DNA from: an uncultured Candidatus Bathyarchaeia archaeon
GTDB taxonomy: Archaea > Thermoproteota > Bathyarchaeia > 40CM-2-53-6
Assembly: GCA_964533505.1 (NCBI GenBank)
Contig: CAZHKA010000042.1
Location: forward strand, 26,656 to 90,655
Direction of reading: 5' to 3'
DNA length: 64,000 nt
Position numbers and translations under genes: made by a program. A model generated the notes under the pieces. It ran no database searches. It was not told where the DNA came from and worked only from the letters and a program-made list of their open reading frames with translations. The first letter of the stretch is position 1, and each line of letters opens with the position of its first letter. Shown here one piece after another: positions 27,638 to 37,538 of the stretch.

Positions 27638-28067
27638 CTCATCAGCACCTTAGCCTGATCCTGAAGCGCGCCGTCGATTAATGTGTCGATTCCTGCGATG
27701 TTCTTTGTCAGGTCGCTTGGCAGATTGTGGCGGTTGGCTAGGTAGGATACACTTTTGTAACTAACCCTAACACGACCATCCCTATCCTCCCAAACAAGAG
27801 CTTTCAACGGCAAATCCAGCGCGACCAAAGGTGAGGCCATCATCAACGGTGTTCCCGCCTTCGGACTTCCGAAAGGTATCAACTTAGCCTCCTGCATTTT
27901 GAGGCCGACCTTCTCCGCTCCGCTGTGGTCAACCACATGAAAATCACAAGGCCCTTCGCGCGTATGACAGTCTCTAGCCGATCCAATGTCTCCGGCAAGG
28001 AACGTCGACTAGCCTTAGTCACTACACCAGCGGAACCCAATGTGTTGATGCCCACAGCCCCGTACAT
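27634..28067 (-). pseudogene. DUF302 domain protein, one frameshift
   Basis: ORF 28067->27879 (..LPETLDRLETVIRAKGLVIF) and ORF 27936->27634 (VVDHSGAEKVGLKM..FGSPKAGTPLMM...DLPLKALVWEDRDGRVRVSY) together form a DUF302-like protein. They join if the A4 run at 27940-27943 (T4 in gene sense) had one more base. Confidence 0.6.
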
Positions 28068-28172
28068 TAGCGAGTTGACTCTAAAAACGCTGACTCCGAA
28101 GATAACGATGCAGTGCGTGGACTCTCAAAAATGAAAGAAAATGTCGGCTACCTTGTGACGGGTACGGTCGCC

Positions 28173-29108
28173 TTATCTGGTTTCGTCTTCTTCGGTGGGG
28201 GTGATTGTCACTTTGACTAGTCTTTCTGCTCTCAGTATGCCAACTTCGATCGGTTTCCCGATGGCGTCTCTTGTCAGGAGACGGTAGAGGTCGTTGTGAC
28301 CGGTGATTGGTGAATGGGCGAATGTTACCAGAATATCTCCCACCACCAGACCCGCTTTCTTGGCGGGGCTGTCGCTTTCAACTTCGAGTATCATCAGCCC
28401 CTCGTCTTGGTCTATATTGGTCTGATCGACTAGGCGTTTGGGTATGGTTATCCCATCCGTACTGATTCCTAGGTGCGCCATTCTCACCCTGCCCTCTTTG
28501 ATCAGGGCGTCAATCGTACCCTTGACTGAGTTAATTGGAATTGAGATGCCGCGAGAGTTTGCGTAGGCAACGTTGATTCCGACCATCCTACCCGACGCGT
28601 TGACCAGAGGCCCTCCTGAGTAACCTGGGTTCAAGGGCGCATCCGTAACAATCACGTCCCCCGCCGAAAAAGGTCCCCAACCTAGTGAAGCCTTAGCGGT
28701 AGTGACGATTCCTGACGTGGTGCTTGGGCTTCCACCGAAGGGGTTGGCGAAAGCAAAGACAAGTTGACCGACTTCAACATCGTCCGAGTTCCCAACTTCG
28801 ACAGGTTTCAGTCCAGTTCGCTCGACTTTCAGTAGCGCCATATCCGAGTATGGGTCATGCCCAACCAGTCTCGCCTCAAGCCTAGGGCCTTCACGTAATC
28901 CCACCTCAACAGTCGTCGCTCTGCCGACGACATGGCTGCAGGTGAGGATGTACCCGTCTTCGCTCCAGATTACCCCTGAACCGAATCCCCTTCCCGACCT
29001 TACCCTGACCACTGAAGAACCGACCTTGTCTGCTAGCTCTGTCATAGCGTCGGAAAACGATTGTAGTATTTGCAACGAAGCAGTGCTTTTACTCATTTTG
29101 CATATCAC
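28173..29108 (-). CDS. HtrA/DegP-type trypsin-like serine protease with PDZ domain
   Basis: GSGVIW..GYILTCSHVV (His), DMALLKV (Asp), NPGYSGGPLV (Ser). C-terminal PDZ (GLMILEVESDSPAKKAGLVVGDIL). Confidence 0.85.
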   Translation of the reverse strand: MICKMSKSTASLQILQSFSDAMTELADKVGSSVVRVRSGRGFGSGVIWSEDGYILTCSHVVGRATTVEVGLREGPRLEARLVGHDPYSDMALLKVERTGLKPVEVGNSDDVEVGQLVFAFANPFGGSPSTTSGIVTTAKASLGWGPFSAGDVIVTDAPLNPGYSGGPLVNASGRMVGINVAYANSRGISIPINSVKGTIDALIKEGRVRMAHLGISTDGITIPKRLVDQTNIDQDEGLMILEVESDSPAKKAGLVVGDILVTFAHSPITGHNDLYRLLTRDAIGKPIEVGILRAERLVKVTITPTEEDETR

Positions 29109-29234
29109 AAGTAGAATTATGCTATCGGCCTATTTGCTGACGAGGAATGCAGCAAAACTAGTCACATGCGTGCGGTCTTTGACCGGGAAGATCGTAGACT
29201 TGACTCCGCATAATCTCCGAAAAATGGGAGGGCA

Positions 29235-30302
29235 CTAATCTGGTGGTAAGTACGTGCACACTTCTGAGGGCTTCTCCATGATACGGTTGATCGTGACTTC
29301 GCCGATGATTCTGCAGTATTTCGCGATCTGAGTTAGGTTCCGGATTATAATGCGGAGACTCGCTGCAAAACTCGCATCCTTCACGTACGTCATGACCTTC
29401 TGGGTTAACTTTCGCTCGTCGTCCTCCACGGTGTCAAGAGACTCCAGCGCTTCGTTGGCGAGGTTGATCTCACCGGTAAGAAATGACTTGAAGCTGTGCT
29501 CAGAGATCTGGGTAACCTGACCTGCAAACTTTGCGATCTCGCGAAAAATTGTTTCGCTACCAGGTTCTCTATCTTTCAACGCCAAGACTTCGGTCGCAAT
29601 ATTCTCCGCGGAGTCCGCCATCTCTTCCAGAACCCCAGCGACTAATCTATTGCCGACTATGTGGAGCGGGGATTCTATGCCAATGGCGGAGGCCGTAGTT
29701 CGATCGTATATTGCCAATATTAGCTGCCTAACTATGAGCCAGTAGATCCTATCCGACTCATCCTCCATGTGTCTAACCTCGGACGCAAGTTCATGACGAC
29801 CCTCAACTAACGCTTTGATTGACACCTCAATCATTGATGACATTATCACGTGCAGCCTGCGCATGAGCCCATAAATTGGGAATCTAGTTGGATCAATGAA
29901 GCTCTGCAGGGTTATCTGTCCGAGAGTCTGCTCAACAATACTCATACCAGTCAGACGCCGAATCGTTGCTCGAATCTCTTCGAGGTGCCTTTTCTTCAAC
30001 TCGTCTCTGGCGACAACCTTAGTCGTGTCGTGGCCGAGGATGTAGTTCCCTGTTATTATTCGAGTAAGAAGGTTAGGTGGGCCGCAGAGCTCTGCGTTTA
30101 CTACGCAGGTCTTCACTTCATCGCGCTTGCGCTCCGTCCCGGGAACAAGCTTCAATGAAGAGTCGTCTTCCCGCTTGATTGAGATAATGTCGCCCGCCTT
30201 GAGCTTCACATCTTCGACCCATCCTCGGGGGAGAGAGACGGTTAAGGTAGAATATCCGACCCTCTGAACCTTCCTTGCCTCCAACGGCCGACGCTCAATC
30301 AA
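29235..30302 (-). CDS. AbrB/SpoVT-domain plus PhoU-domain regulator
   Basis: N-terminus VQRVGYSTLTVSLPRGWVEDVKLKAGDIISI (AbrB-like swapped hairpin), followed by two helical PhoU-like repeats. Confidence 0.65.
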   Translation of the reverse strand: MIERRPLEARKVQRVGYSTLTVSLPRGWVEDVKLKAGDIISIKREDDSSLKLVPGTERKRDEVKTCVVNAELCGPPNLLTRIITGNYILGHDTTKVVARDELKKRHLEEIRATIRRLTGMSIVEQTLGQITLQSFIDPTRFPIYGLMRRLHVIMSSMIEVSIKALVEGRHELASEVRHMEDESDRIYWLIVRQLILAIYDRTTASAIGIESPLHIVGNRLVAGVLEEMADSAENIATEVLALKDREPGSETIFREIAKFAGQVTQISEHSFKSFLTGEINLANEALESLDTVEDDERKLTQKVMTYVKDASFAASLRIIIRNLTQIAKYCRIIGEVTINRIMEKPSEVCTYLPPD

Positions 30303-30474
30303 TATACTCTAAGAACTAGAATATACGCATAGGCCCGCTAAGGCTTCATGCCTCCTAGCTTCCTGTGTCTCTCATCTCTCGAAGCTACCATCAGAAATCA
30401 GCGGGAGAGGGAGAACTGTTTTTGGCTTGGAACTCAATCATCACCATGTCAAAGACCAAGGGAAGCTCTAACTA

Positions 30475-30681
30475 TTGTCCGAGACGGAACAAATAGAAAA
30501 GTTGAAGGAGGTTGCCATGAACGGTCCAACTCTCGACATGATGTTGAAGGCTGTTGACGCAATTGGCACTTTTGGCCAAAACGCAGTACCCACGCTGCTT
30601 GAACTAAGTCATTCTGCAACGAACCCTAACGTTGCCGCGCGGGCATTAAAGATTCTAAGAGCAGTGAAGGAAGGATTCTAA
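30475..30681 (+). CDS. small HEAT-repeat-like protein (hypothetical)
   Basis: 68 aa, AVDAIGTFGQNAVPTLLELSHSATNPNVAARALKIL. Its 3' end overlaps the convergent gene by 4 nt. Confidence 0.3.
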   Translation: MSETEQIEKLKEVAMNGPTLDMMLKAVDAIGTFGQNAVPTLLELSHSATNPNVAARALKILRAVKEGF

Positions 30682-30950
30682 GCTTCTTCTACCGTAGCCA
30701 ACTGTTGTTCTTCGTGTTCTTTCAACCACTTCGCTACGGATTCTCTGAATTCCTTAACAGATATGCAACCTCTTTGTCTTTGATCCTGCAACTGGCGCAC
30801 AAAATTCCCAAATTCTCGTTTGTGTAGGTCGATCTTTTCTGCTTTGTTGAGCAGTTCTTGATTCTGGTCAGCGTTCATAATGTCGTGAGAGACACGCAGG
30901 TGCGTCATGAGGTCTCGGTTTTCTTTTTTGCAAACCGGGCAGGTAGGCAT
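30678..30950 (-). CDS. small C2H2-like zinc-finger protein
   Basis: MPTCPVCKKENRDLMTHLRVSHDI (CxxC...HxxxxH), then a charged helical tail. Begins 14 nt after the preceding gene. Confidence 0.45.
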   Translation of the reverse strand: MPTCPVCKKENRDLMTHLRVSHDIMNADQNQELLNKAEKIDLHKREFGNFVRQLQDQRQRGCISVKEFRESVAKWLKEHEEQQLATVEEA

Positions 30951-30963
30951 TCGTCTCTGTCTT

Positions 30964-31656
30964 CTATTTCTCTTCAGCTAATTCCTCAAGCATCTTCTCG
31001 TGGCGTATCTCATCCGTAGCGATCTTCCTAAAGCTTTCGCGTATCGACCTGAGTACCTCTATCTGATCCCTTGAGTCCTCTACGAGTTTTGTAAGTGCGG
31101 TTTTCACATTACTCTCGCTTCTGTCGGCCATCTTCATGTAACTGTCGACGATGTCCTCTTCAACGGCTATCCAGTAGCTGATGTTTTCTTCAATCACACG
31201 CTGATATCCTGAGAGCACGTCTCTTTCCACTTTGATGGCTTGATCAAAATTCTCGATATTGGGCACTATTCGTTCGTGGAAGGGTTCCCATGCTTTCACG
31301 GTTCTCTGTTGCAGTTTCAGAGCGTATTCGTTTCCGAGTTCGTTCATAGCTTGGATTATAAGGCGATCTTCGACGTTTCGCAGTTCGCACTTAATCCGAG
31401 AGACAACATTCTGGCCGCAGCACCCGACACAGAACCCCAAGTACGCATCAATTTCTCGTGGTGTCAATTCACTAGGGTTAGGGTGAGTTTCGCATTGCGT
31501 GATAAGACTTCTCGTGCTTCTAAGCGATGTATAGGTTTCTGGTGCGACCTTTACTCCGCGATTCTCGAGATCTGCGCTAATCTCGTTCAGAGTATCCCAG
31601 GTTTTCTCTAGTAAGTAGCATTGTTCTCGCTCTTTGCTCACCTGTTCTTGCGTCAT
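30964..31656 (-). CDS. Cys-rich protein of unknown function (paralog of 38277-38744) with extra C-terminal helical domain
   Basis: 230 aa. Shares with the 155-aa paralog QC..LE..W..LNE, LITQC.THP, EID, GFCVGCCG, RIKCELRNVED, AMNELG..YALKLQ..TVKAW. The C-terminal part ends in DEIRHEKMLEEL. Confidence 0.6.
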   Translation of the reverse strand: MTQEQVSKEREQCYLLEKTWDTLNEISADLENRGVKVAPETYTSLRSTRSLITQCETHPNPSELTPREIDAYLGFCVGCCGQNVVSRIKCELRNVEDRLIIQAMNELGNEYALKLQQRTVKAWEPFHERIVPNIENFDQAIKVERDVLSGYQRVIEENISYWIAVEEDIVDSYMKMADRSESNVKTALTKLVEDSRDQIEVLRSIRESFRKIATDEIRHEKMLEELAEEK

Positions 31657-31825
31657 TTCAGCACCATCCGATTCCTCTGGAACTAGCTTTTGGCATAGTC
31701 CACACTCGCCTCACTTGAAACCCGTGAAAATAAATGGATGCGCCATAGACTTACCATAATAGCACATAGAACATATAATGGCCTTGAGTACAGCGTTTTC
31801 GACAGCGGCGCTGGAGTCAATCTCC

Positions 31826-33289
31826 TTACGGCCTTCTTAGAGTGTGGGTCACTATTCTCTGCTTGTTGTAGATCTTGATGTCGAGAGGCATTTGTCCCGG
31901 AAGAGTGTGCGTAGCGCAGGCGTAGCAAGGGTCGTAGGCTCTGAAGGCCATCTCGACCATGTTGAGGATGCCGTCCGACACTTCGCCTTTCTTGATCAAC
32001 CCTTCGGCGGCCTGCTTAATCGACATGCTAATCGCGGCGTGATTGTTGACGGTGGCTACGATTAAATTGACATTCTTCACCATTCCTTGCTCATCAGTTT
32101 TGTAATGGTGGATTAAGGTACCGCGAGGGGCCTCGATCGAGCCTACACCTTCGTCGGGTACTGCCGTTGGGAGGGTTTGAACGTTTGGACTTGTAATGTC
32201 TGGATCTCGGCTAAGTTCCAACATTCGCTCGGCCGCATACATGAGCTCCACAAGGCGCGCCCAGTGAGTGGCGAGTGTTGAATGAATCGGTTTCTTGCCT
32301 CCTAGCGTTTCATACATTCTCTTGTATTCCGCCTGCGCGATTGGAGTGGCCATACCTTCTGACGCATTCAATCGGGCTAGAGGTGTGGCTCGGTAAACAC
32401 CGCTGCCCTTCCCGCCAACCAGTCCTTTCCATCCAACTTTCTTGAGATATGGATACTTGAGGTATGTCCAGGGTTCGACGTGTTCCGAGATGTATTGCTG
32501 ATAATCTGCAGGTGAATATTTTTCGAACTCAATTCCGTCGGGATCGACTACTCTGTTTTTGCCGTCGTAGAAGTTTACGCGGTTTCGGTCGTCGACCGTG
32601 CCCATGTAGTATGTCTCTGTTGCGTAGATGTCGCTCGTTATGAGATTCACGTACTCTTTGTTGCCAAGTACGATATCGTCAAAGATTTTCAATGTGAACT
32701 TGGCGAATTCCACTTCGGACTCCGCTATTGCCTCGATTTTGGCTCGCTGGGCTTCGGTTATGGGTTTCCGTACTCCGCCTGGGACTCCGCAGATTGGGTG
32801 AATCCTCTTTCCCCCAATCATTGCAATCACGTCGAGGGCGTCTGAGCGATGTTTGATTACGGAACTACCGACATCAAGTCCAACTTTCGCTATGACGCTG
32901 AGTATGTTTCGTTCCGCTTTAGGAGCGGTGGGTCCCATTATGAAGTCTGGACCAGCGAGTACGTAGAAGTGCGTCGTGTGGTCGGCTACGAAGAAGGCGC
33001 TGTAGAGGAGCTCTCTCAACTTTTTGGCTGCGGGCGGTGGGTCGACATGGAAGACTGCGTCGAGCGCTTTTGTCGAGGCTATGTGGTGGGCTTCAGGGCA
33101 AACGCCACAGATTCTGCTGGTGATATCAGGCATTTCTTCGACGGGTCTACCCTCGCAGAATTTCTCAAAGCCTCTGAGCTCCGGAACTTGGAAGTAGGCG
33201 TTTTCTACATTTCCCTCATCGTTGAGGAAGATCGATATCTTCCCGTGCCCTTCAAGTCTAGTGACTGGATTGATTGTGACGGTTTTCAT
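31826..33289 (-). CDS. mvhA: [NiFe] hydrogenase large subunit, F420-non-reducing (Mvh, group 3c type)
   Basis: RLEGHG, RICGVCPEAH (N-terminal NiFe ligands), DPCYACATH (C-terminal ligands) plus a C-terminal extension. Gene context mvhD-mvhG-mvhA. Confidence 0.9.
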   Translation of the reverse strand: MKTVTINPVTRLEGHGKISIFLNDEGNVENAYFQVPELRGFEKFCEGRPVEEMPDITSRICGVCPEAHHIASTKALDAVFHVDPPPAAKKLRELLYSAFFVADHTTHFYVLAGPDFIMGPTAPKAERNILSVIAKVGLDVGSSVIKHRSDALDVIAMIGGKRIHPICGVPGGVRKPITEAQRAKIEAIAESEVEFAKFTLKIFDDIVLGNKEYVNLITSDIYATETYYMGTVDDRNRVNFYDGKNRVVDPDGIEFEKYSPADYQQYISEHVEPWTYLKYPYLKKVGWKGLVGGKGSGVYRATPLARLNASEGMATPIAQAEYKRMYETLGGKKPIHSTLATHWARLVELMYAAERMLELSRDPDITSPNVQTLPTAVPDEGVGSIEAPRGTLIHHYKTDEQGMVKNVNLIVATVNNHAAISMSIKQAAEGLIKKGEVSDGILNMVEMAFRAYDPCYACATHTLPGQMPLDIKIYNKQRIVTHTLRRP

Positions 33290-34242
33290 TTCTTGATCCT
33301 CCTCATCAAAGAACCAGCTAAGCTAAACCGGTAAAATGTTCCAATTGGATCGGCCACGGAATCCGCGAGTTTCTGCATCTCCTCCTCGTTTTCCGTTTCG
33401 AAAACTGATGCTAATGCAGAGAGCATCTTCCCGCCTTGATCTACCACGTTTGGCAGAGGACCGTAGCATCCACGGCATCCTGCATTCGCATCTAGGCATA
33501 TGCCGCCGCAGCCTCCTCGAGTTGCCGGACCCATGCACATAATGCCTTGTTCGAGTAGGCATTTTTCGGGATCCGCAATAGTCTGGTAGCTTCTGACAAG
33601 TTTTGTGATCTTTCTATCGGCTTTAATGCGTTTACATTCGTGGCATAGTGACTTATCGGAGGCTCCCAGGACTGCGCCTTTTGGCGGAAGATTTCCGTCA
33701 ACGAATTGGTTAAGGACTTTCTCCACCTGTGCGCCGACAGGTGGGCATCCCGGTACGTAATAATCGACGTCAACAGTTTGGTCGAGCGTTTTGACCGTGT
33801 TATAGAATTCAGGTATAGTGAGCACTCCTTCCCTCATTTCGACCTTAGTTCTGGGAATGATTTTTTCTGGGTTGTTTGTGGTTTGAGTCTCCTGGTAGGA
33901 GCTTGTGAATATCTCAGCTCGCGTAGTAGTGTTCGCGAGGGCCGGAATTCCGCCGCCGTAAGCGCATGCGCCAAACGCCACAAGCATTTTGCTTTTCGCT
34001 CTGAGGAGCTTGGCGACGTCTTCATTTTCTGAGTTCCGTATAGCCCCGTTGAAGAATGTAACATCGATGCTCTTGTCTGGCATGGCTTCAAGATCTGTGT
34101 ATTTGTAGTCAAATATCGCAGGCCAGAATACGACGTCGACTTTGTTCGACAGTTCTACGAGCTTGGTCCCTAACTCGAAGATCGCTATTTCGCATCCTCC
34201 ACAGCTGCTTGCCCAGTTGAAAGCGATTTTGGGTTTAGTCAT
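33286..34242 (-). CDS. mvhG: [NiFe] hydrogenase small subunit (Mvh)
   Basis: WASSCGGCEIAI, GACAYGGGIP, and Cys clusters CHECK, GPATRGGCGGICLDANAGCRGCYGP. 4-nt overlaps with both neighbours. Confidence 0.85.
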   Translation of the reverse strand: MTKPKIAFNWASSCGGCEIAIFELGTKLVELSNKVDVVFWPAIFDYKYTDLEAMPDKSIDVTFFNGAIRNSENEDVAKLLRAKSKMLVAFGACAYGGGIPALANTTTRAEIFTSSYQETQTTNNPEKIIPRTKVEMREGVLTIPEFYNTVKTLDQTVDVDYYVPGCPPVGAQVEKVLNQFVDGNLPPKGAVLGASDKSLCHECKRIKADRKITKLVRSYQTIADPEKCLLEQGIMCMGPATRGGCGGICLDANAGCRGCYGPLPNVVDQGGKMLSALASVFETENEEEMQKLADSVADPIGTFYRFSLAGSLMRRIKK

Positions 34243-34682
34243 GCTGCGATCGCCATTTCTTTCTTCCAGTTGAGTGGTCCTAGGGAGCGGATTTCTTCTG
34301 TCATGCTTTCTACGATACGAGCGTATCTTCCCCCTTCAGAAGCGGAAACCCATTCCAGCCTAACGCGTTCCTTCTCTATTCCAAATTGCTGAAGTAGCCT
34401 CTGTAGAAGTTTGAATCGCCGGATCGTTTTCGCATTGCCGTTTATGTAGTGGCAGTCTCCCGGATGGCATCCGGCTATCAGTACTCCGTCAGCACCCGTT
34501 GCGAGGGCCTTCAAAACTAGCGTTGGGTCGACTCGGCCGGAGCAGTTTACTCGGATCGGGGTGATGTTCGGAGGGTAGTTGATCCTGCTTAGTCCCGCAA
34601 GATCGGCCCCTGTGTAAGCACACCATCTGCAGAGGAAACCTACGATCTTTGGTTCAAATCGTGTTGCCAAATCAATCACCAT
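34239..34682 (-). CDS. mvhD: methyl-viologen-reducing hydrogenase delta subunit
   Basis: KIVGFLCRWCAYTGADLAG, VNCSGRVDP, GADGVLIAGCHPGDCHY. Confidence 0.9.
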   Translation of the reverse strand: MVIDLATRFEPKIVGFLCRWCAYTGADLAGLSRINYPPNITPIRVNCSGRVDPTLVLKALATGADGVLIAGCHPGDCHYINGNAKTIRRFKLLQRLLQQFGIEKERVRLEWVSASEGGRYARIVESMTEEIRSLGPLNWKKEMAIAA

Positions 34683-34686
34683 GACC

Positions 34687-36645
34687 CTATGAACAAATCG
34701 CCTCGATTTCCGCCATCAACTGCTTGTTGGTGAAATTCTGTTGCTCGATTGCTCCTGATGGACATGCGGCCACGCAGACGCCGCATCCCTTGCAGAGAAC
34801 TGAAGTGATTACGGCACGGCCGCTGGATTCATCAAAATTGATGGCGCCGTAGGGACAGAGGCCGATGCAGATTTTGCATCCGGAGCATGCTTCCTCTTTG
34901 AGGATTGCGATGGTGGGTTCCATCTCGATCTCTCCCTTATCAACGAAAGAGAGCACGTTCGCCGCTGCAGCGGCACCTTGGGCCACGCTGTCGGGGATGT
35001 CTTTGGGGCTTTGGCAGGCCCCTGCGACGTAGATGCCTTGTCCTGCGGTTGAGACAGGGGCGAGTTTGGGATGTCTCTCAAGGAAGAAACCATCTTTGCT
35101 TCTGCTGATTCGAAATACATGCGCTAATTGTCCAGCATCCTTTCTCGGTTCTAGGCCCACGCTCAAAACGACCATGTCGACCGGAATGCGACGCACAATC
35201 CCTAGGAGCGTGTCTTCGGCGACAACAATGAGTTTTCCTTCCTCAGAAGGATTCTGAGCGACGTCTGTGATTTCAGCTACCCTGCCTCTGATGAACGTAA
35301 CGTCTTCATGTAGTACACGTTTGTAGAATTCTTCATACCCTTTCCCAAAGGCTCGCATGTCAATATAGAACTCGTAGACTTTCGCGTCGGTCTTCTCTCG
35401 CACAAGATGGGCGGTTTTCAATGAGTACATGCAGCAAACTCGAGAGCAATGCTCGTTGTAGTTTTGGTCGCGGCTTCCGACGCAATGTACGATCGCAACA
35501 CTCTCGGGCAAGTTACCGTTCTTGAGTTGTATCTTGCCGGCGGTGGGTCCAGAGGCGTGTGTGAGCCTTTCAAATTCTATGCTGGTTATGACATTCGGAA
35601 GCTTGCCATAACCGTATTCTTTGATCCGTGAGGCGTCGAAGAGATCGAAACCGGTGGCTAGAATCGCTGAACCAACCGGAACTTCAATGTATTTCTCTTT
35701 TTGTTCAAAGTCTATTGCGTGATGAGGGCAAAACTTCACGCAAACCTTGCAGATATTTTTTGTGAAGTAGAGGCAGTGTTCACGGTCTATGACGGGTACG
35801 TTTGGCACGGCTTGCGGAAATGGTCTGTAAATTGCTTTTCTCTTTCCGAGCTTACAATCGAATTCGCTCGGGACGCTTAAGGGGCATTTCTCTTCACATA
35901 GGCCGCAACCTGTGCACTTGTCCTCATCAACGTATCTTGGCCTTTTGCGGATTTTCGCCGTGAACTTTCCTACGTATCCTGAGAAGTCTGTAACGTCACT
36001 ATAGGTTAGCAGTTCGATGTTTTCATGTTGTTCAACAGATACCATCTTTGGTGTGAGAATGCAGGCGGCGCAATCGAGAGTTGGAAAGGTCTTGTCAAAT
36101 CGAGTCATATATCCGCCTATAGTGGGTTCCTTCTCCACCAGGTAGACCTTCTTTCCGGAATCTGCGATCTGAAGCGCCGCTTCGATTCCGGTTATCCCAC
36201 CTCCAACAACGAGGACATTCGAATTGACTGGGATCTTTTCCACTTCGAGAGGCTCGTTGAAATTCACTCGCATTACGGCGGCGTTTACAATGGCCTTAGC
36301 TCTTTCCGTTGCAAGTTCTCTATTCTCCGTTATCCAAGAGCACTGCTCGCGAATGTTGGCCATCTGGAAGAGGTACGGATTGAGTCCTGCACTTTGCACA
36401 GCACGCCTGAACGTTGGCTCATGCATTAGCGGTGAACATGAAGCGACGACGACTCTAGTAAGCCCCATCTCGCGAATATCGTTCTTGATCATTTCTTGGC
36501 CAGGATTGGAACACATAAACTGATAGTCCCGAGCAACGGCAACGTTCGGCAGGTGACTGGCGTACTCCGCCAGACCTTTGCAGTCAACGGTCCTGGCTAT
36601 GTTCAACCCACAGTGGCAGATGTAGACCCCGATCTTTTCACTCAA
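34687..36645 (-). CDS. hdrA: heterodisulfide reductase subunit A
   Basis: 652 aa. N-terminal YICHCGLNI, FAD motif VVGGGITGIEAAL, ferredoxin motifs CTGCGLCEEKCP, CSGCKICIGLCP, CKGCGVCVAACP. Confidence 0.9.
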   Translation of the reverse strand: MSEKIGVYICHCGLNIARTVDCKGLAEYASHLPNVAVARDYQFMCSNPGQEMIKNDIREMGLTRVVVASCSPLMHEPTFRRAVQSAGLNPYLFQMANIREQCSWITENRELATERAKAIVNAAVMRVNFNEPLEVEKIPVNSNVLVVGGGITGIEAALQIADSGKKVYLVEKEPTIGGYMTRFDKTFPTLDCAACILTPKMVSVEQHENIELLTYSDVTDFSGYVGKFTAKIRKRPRYVDEDKCTGCGLCEEKCPLSVPSEFDCKLGKRKAIYRPFPQAVPNVPVIDREHCLYFTKNICKVCVKFCPHHAIDFEQKEKYIEVPVGSAILATGFDLFDASRIKEYGYGKLPNVITSIEFERLTHASGPTAGKIQLKNGNLPESVAIVHCVGSRDQNYNEHCSRVCCMYSLKTAHLVREKTDAKVYEFYIDMRAFGKGYEEFYKRVLHEDVTFIRGRVAEITDVAQNPSEEGKLIVVAEDTLLGIVRRIPVDMVVLSVGLEPRKDAGQLAHVFRISRSKDGFFLERHPKLAPVSTAGQGIYVAGACQSPKDIPDSVAQGAAAAANVLSFVDKGEIEMEPTIAILKEEACSGCKICIGLCPYGAINFDESSGRAVITSVLCKGCGVCVAACPSGAIEQQNFTNKQLMAEIEAICS

Positions 36646-37536
36646 CTATCCGAAAACCTCCAAATGTTTCTCCAAGAGTGCCCGACTGGAAATCATTTCC
36701 TCGTCGATTCCGAGCGCTTTACGTGAGAAGCCAAACGCCAACCCCATCAGCTGGGTGAAGTACAATGCTGGAATCTTGAAGTCTGTTCCAAACATTTTGT
36801 TGACATCGCCTTGGTATGTCTCAATGTTCATGTGGCACAGAGGACAAATTGTGACGATGCATTCTGCTCCCTTTTGCTTGGCACATGCAAGGATATTCCT
36901 GTTCAAGCCAAGAGCGACGTCCTCGTTGGTCATCATGAGAAGACCTCCACAACACTTCGTCTTGAGGGGGAAGTCTACCGGCGCTACTCCAATCCATGTT
37001 AGCAGTCTGTCAAGAATCACTGGGAATTGTTTATCGTCGATTTCACCGAAGGGCCGTGTCAATTGGCAGCCGTAGTAAGGAGCCACCTTAAGACCCGACA
37101 GTTTCCTCTTGATTCTGGCTTTGACCTCTTGTTCTCCAACTTCATTGACTATGACCTCCAGCAGATGCCTAACTCTGACACTACCCCGATACTCAAGATT
37201 GGCGGCTTTGAGAGCGGTTTCGATCGTCCTCTTAAATCTCGACTGCTCGGCCAAGTAGTGGTTTGTCTTGGTCAGGGTTGTTAGGCATGCAGGGCAGACG
37301 ACGACAAGATCTTTTTTCTCCTTCTCAGCGAGAACTAAGTTCCTCGCCGACAAAAGATGAGCTTTCATTTCGTCAATGGACATATAGGCCGAAGCTCCAC
37401 AGCAATTCCAATCATTCAGTTCGGCCAGATCGATGTCGAGAGCTTTGCAAACTAACTGCGTTGACTTATCATATGCCCTGTTCATTCCCTCAACAGAGCA
37501 ACCTGGATAGTAGGAGTACCCAAGCCGAGCCTGCAA
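36646..37536 (-). CDS. hdrB: heterodisulfide reductase subunit B (CCG domains)
   Basis: WNCCGAS and KCCGG CCG-type motifs, YYPGCS, VVCPACL. A TTG at 37536 lies directly after the hdrC stop (37539-37541). The longer ORF to 37611 would overlap hdrC. Confidence 0.85.
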   Translation of the reverse strand: MQARLGYSYYPGCSVEGMNRAYDKSTQLVCKALDIDLAELNDWNCCGASAYMSIDEMKAHLLSARNLVLAEKEKKDLVVVCPACLTTLTKTNHYLAEQSRFKRTIETALKAANLEYRGSVRVRHLLEVIVNEVGEQEVKARIKRKLSGLKVAPYYGCQLTRPFGEIDDKQFPVILDRLLTWIGVAPVDFPLKTKCCGGLLMMTNEDVALGLNRNILACAKQKGAECIVTICPLCHMNIETYQGDVNKMFGTDFKIPALYFTQLMGLAFGFSRKALGIDEEMISSRALLEKHLEVFG

Positions 37537-37538
37537 CG

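Noticed and set aside
31683-31928. 81-aa ORF overlapping the mvhA 3' end and the gap before the Cys-rich gene.
   Set aside because: It overlaps the well-supported mvhA C-terminus in another frame and has no motifs.
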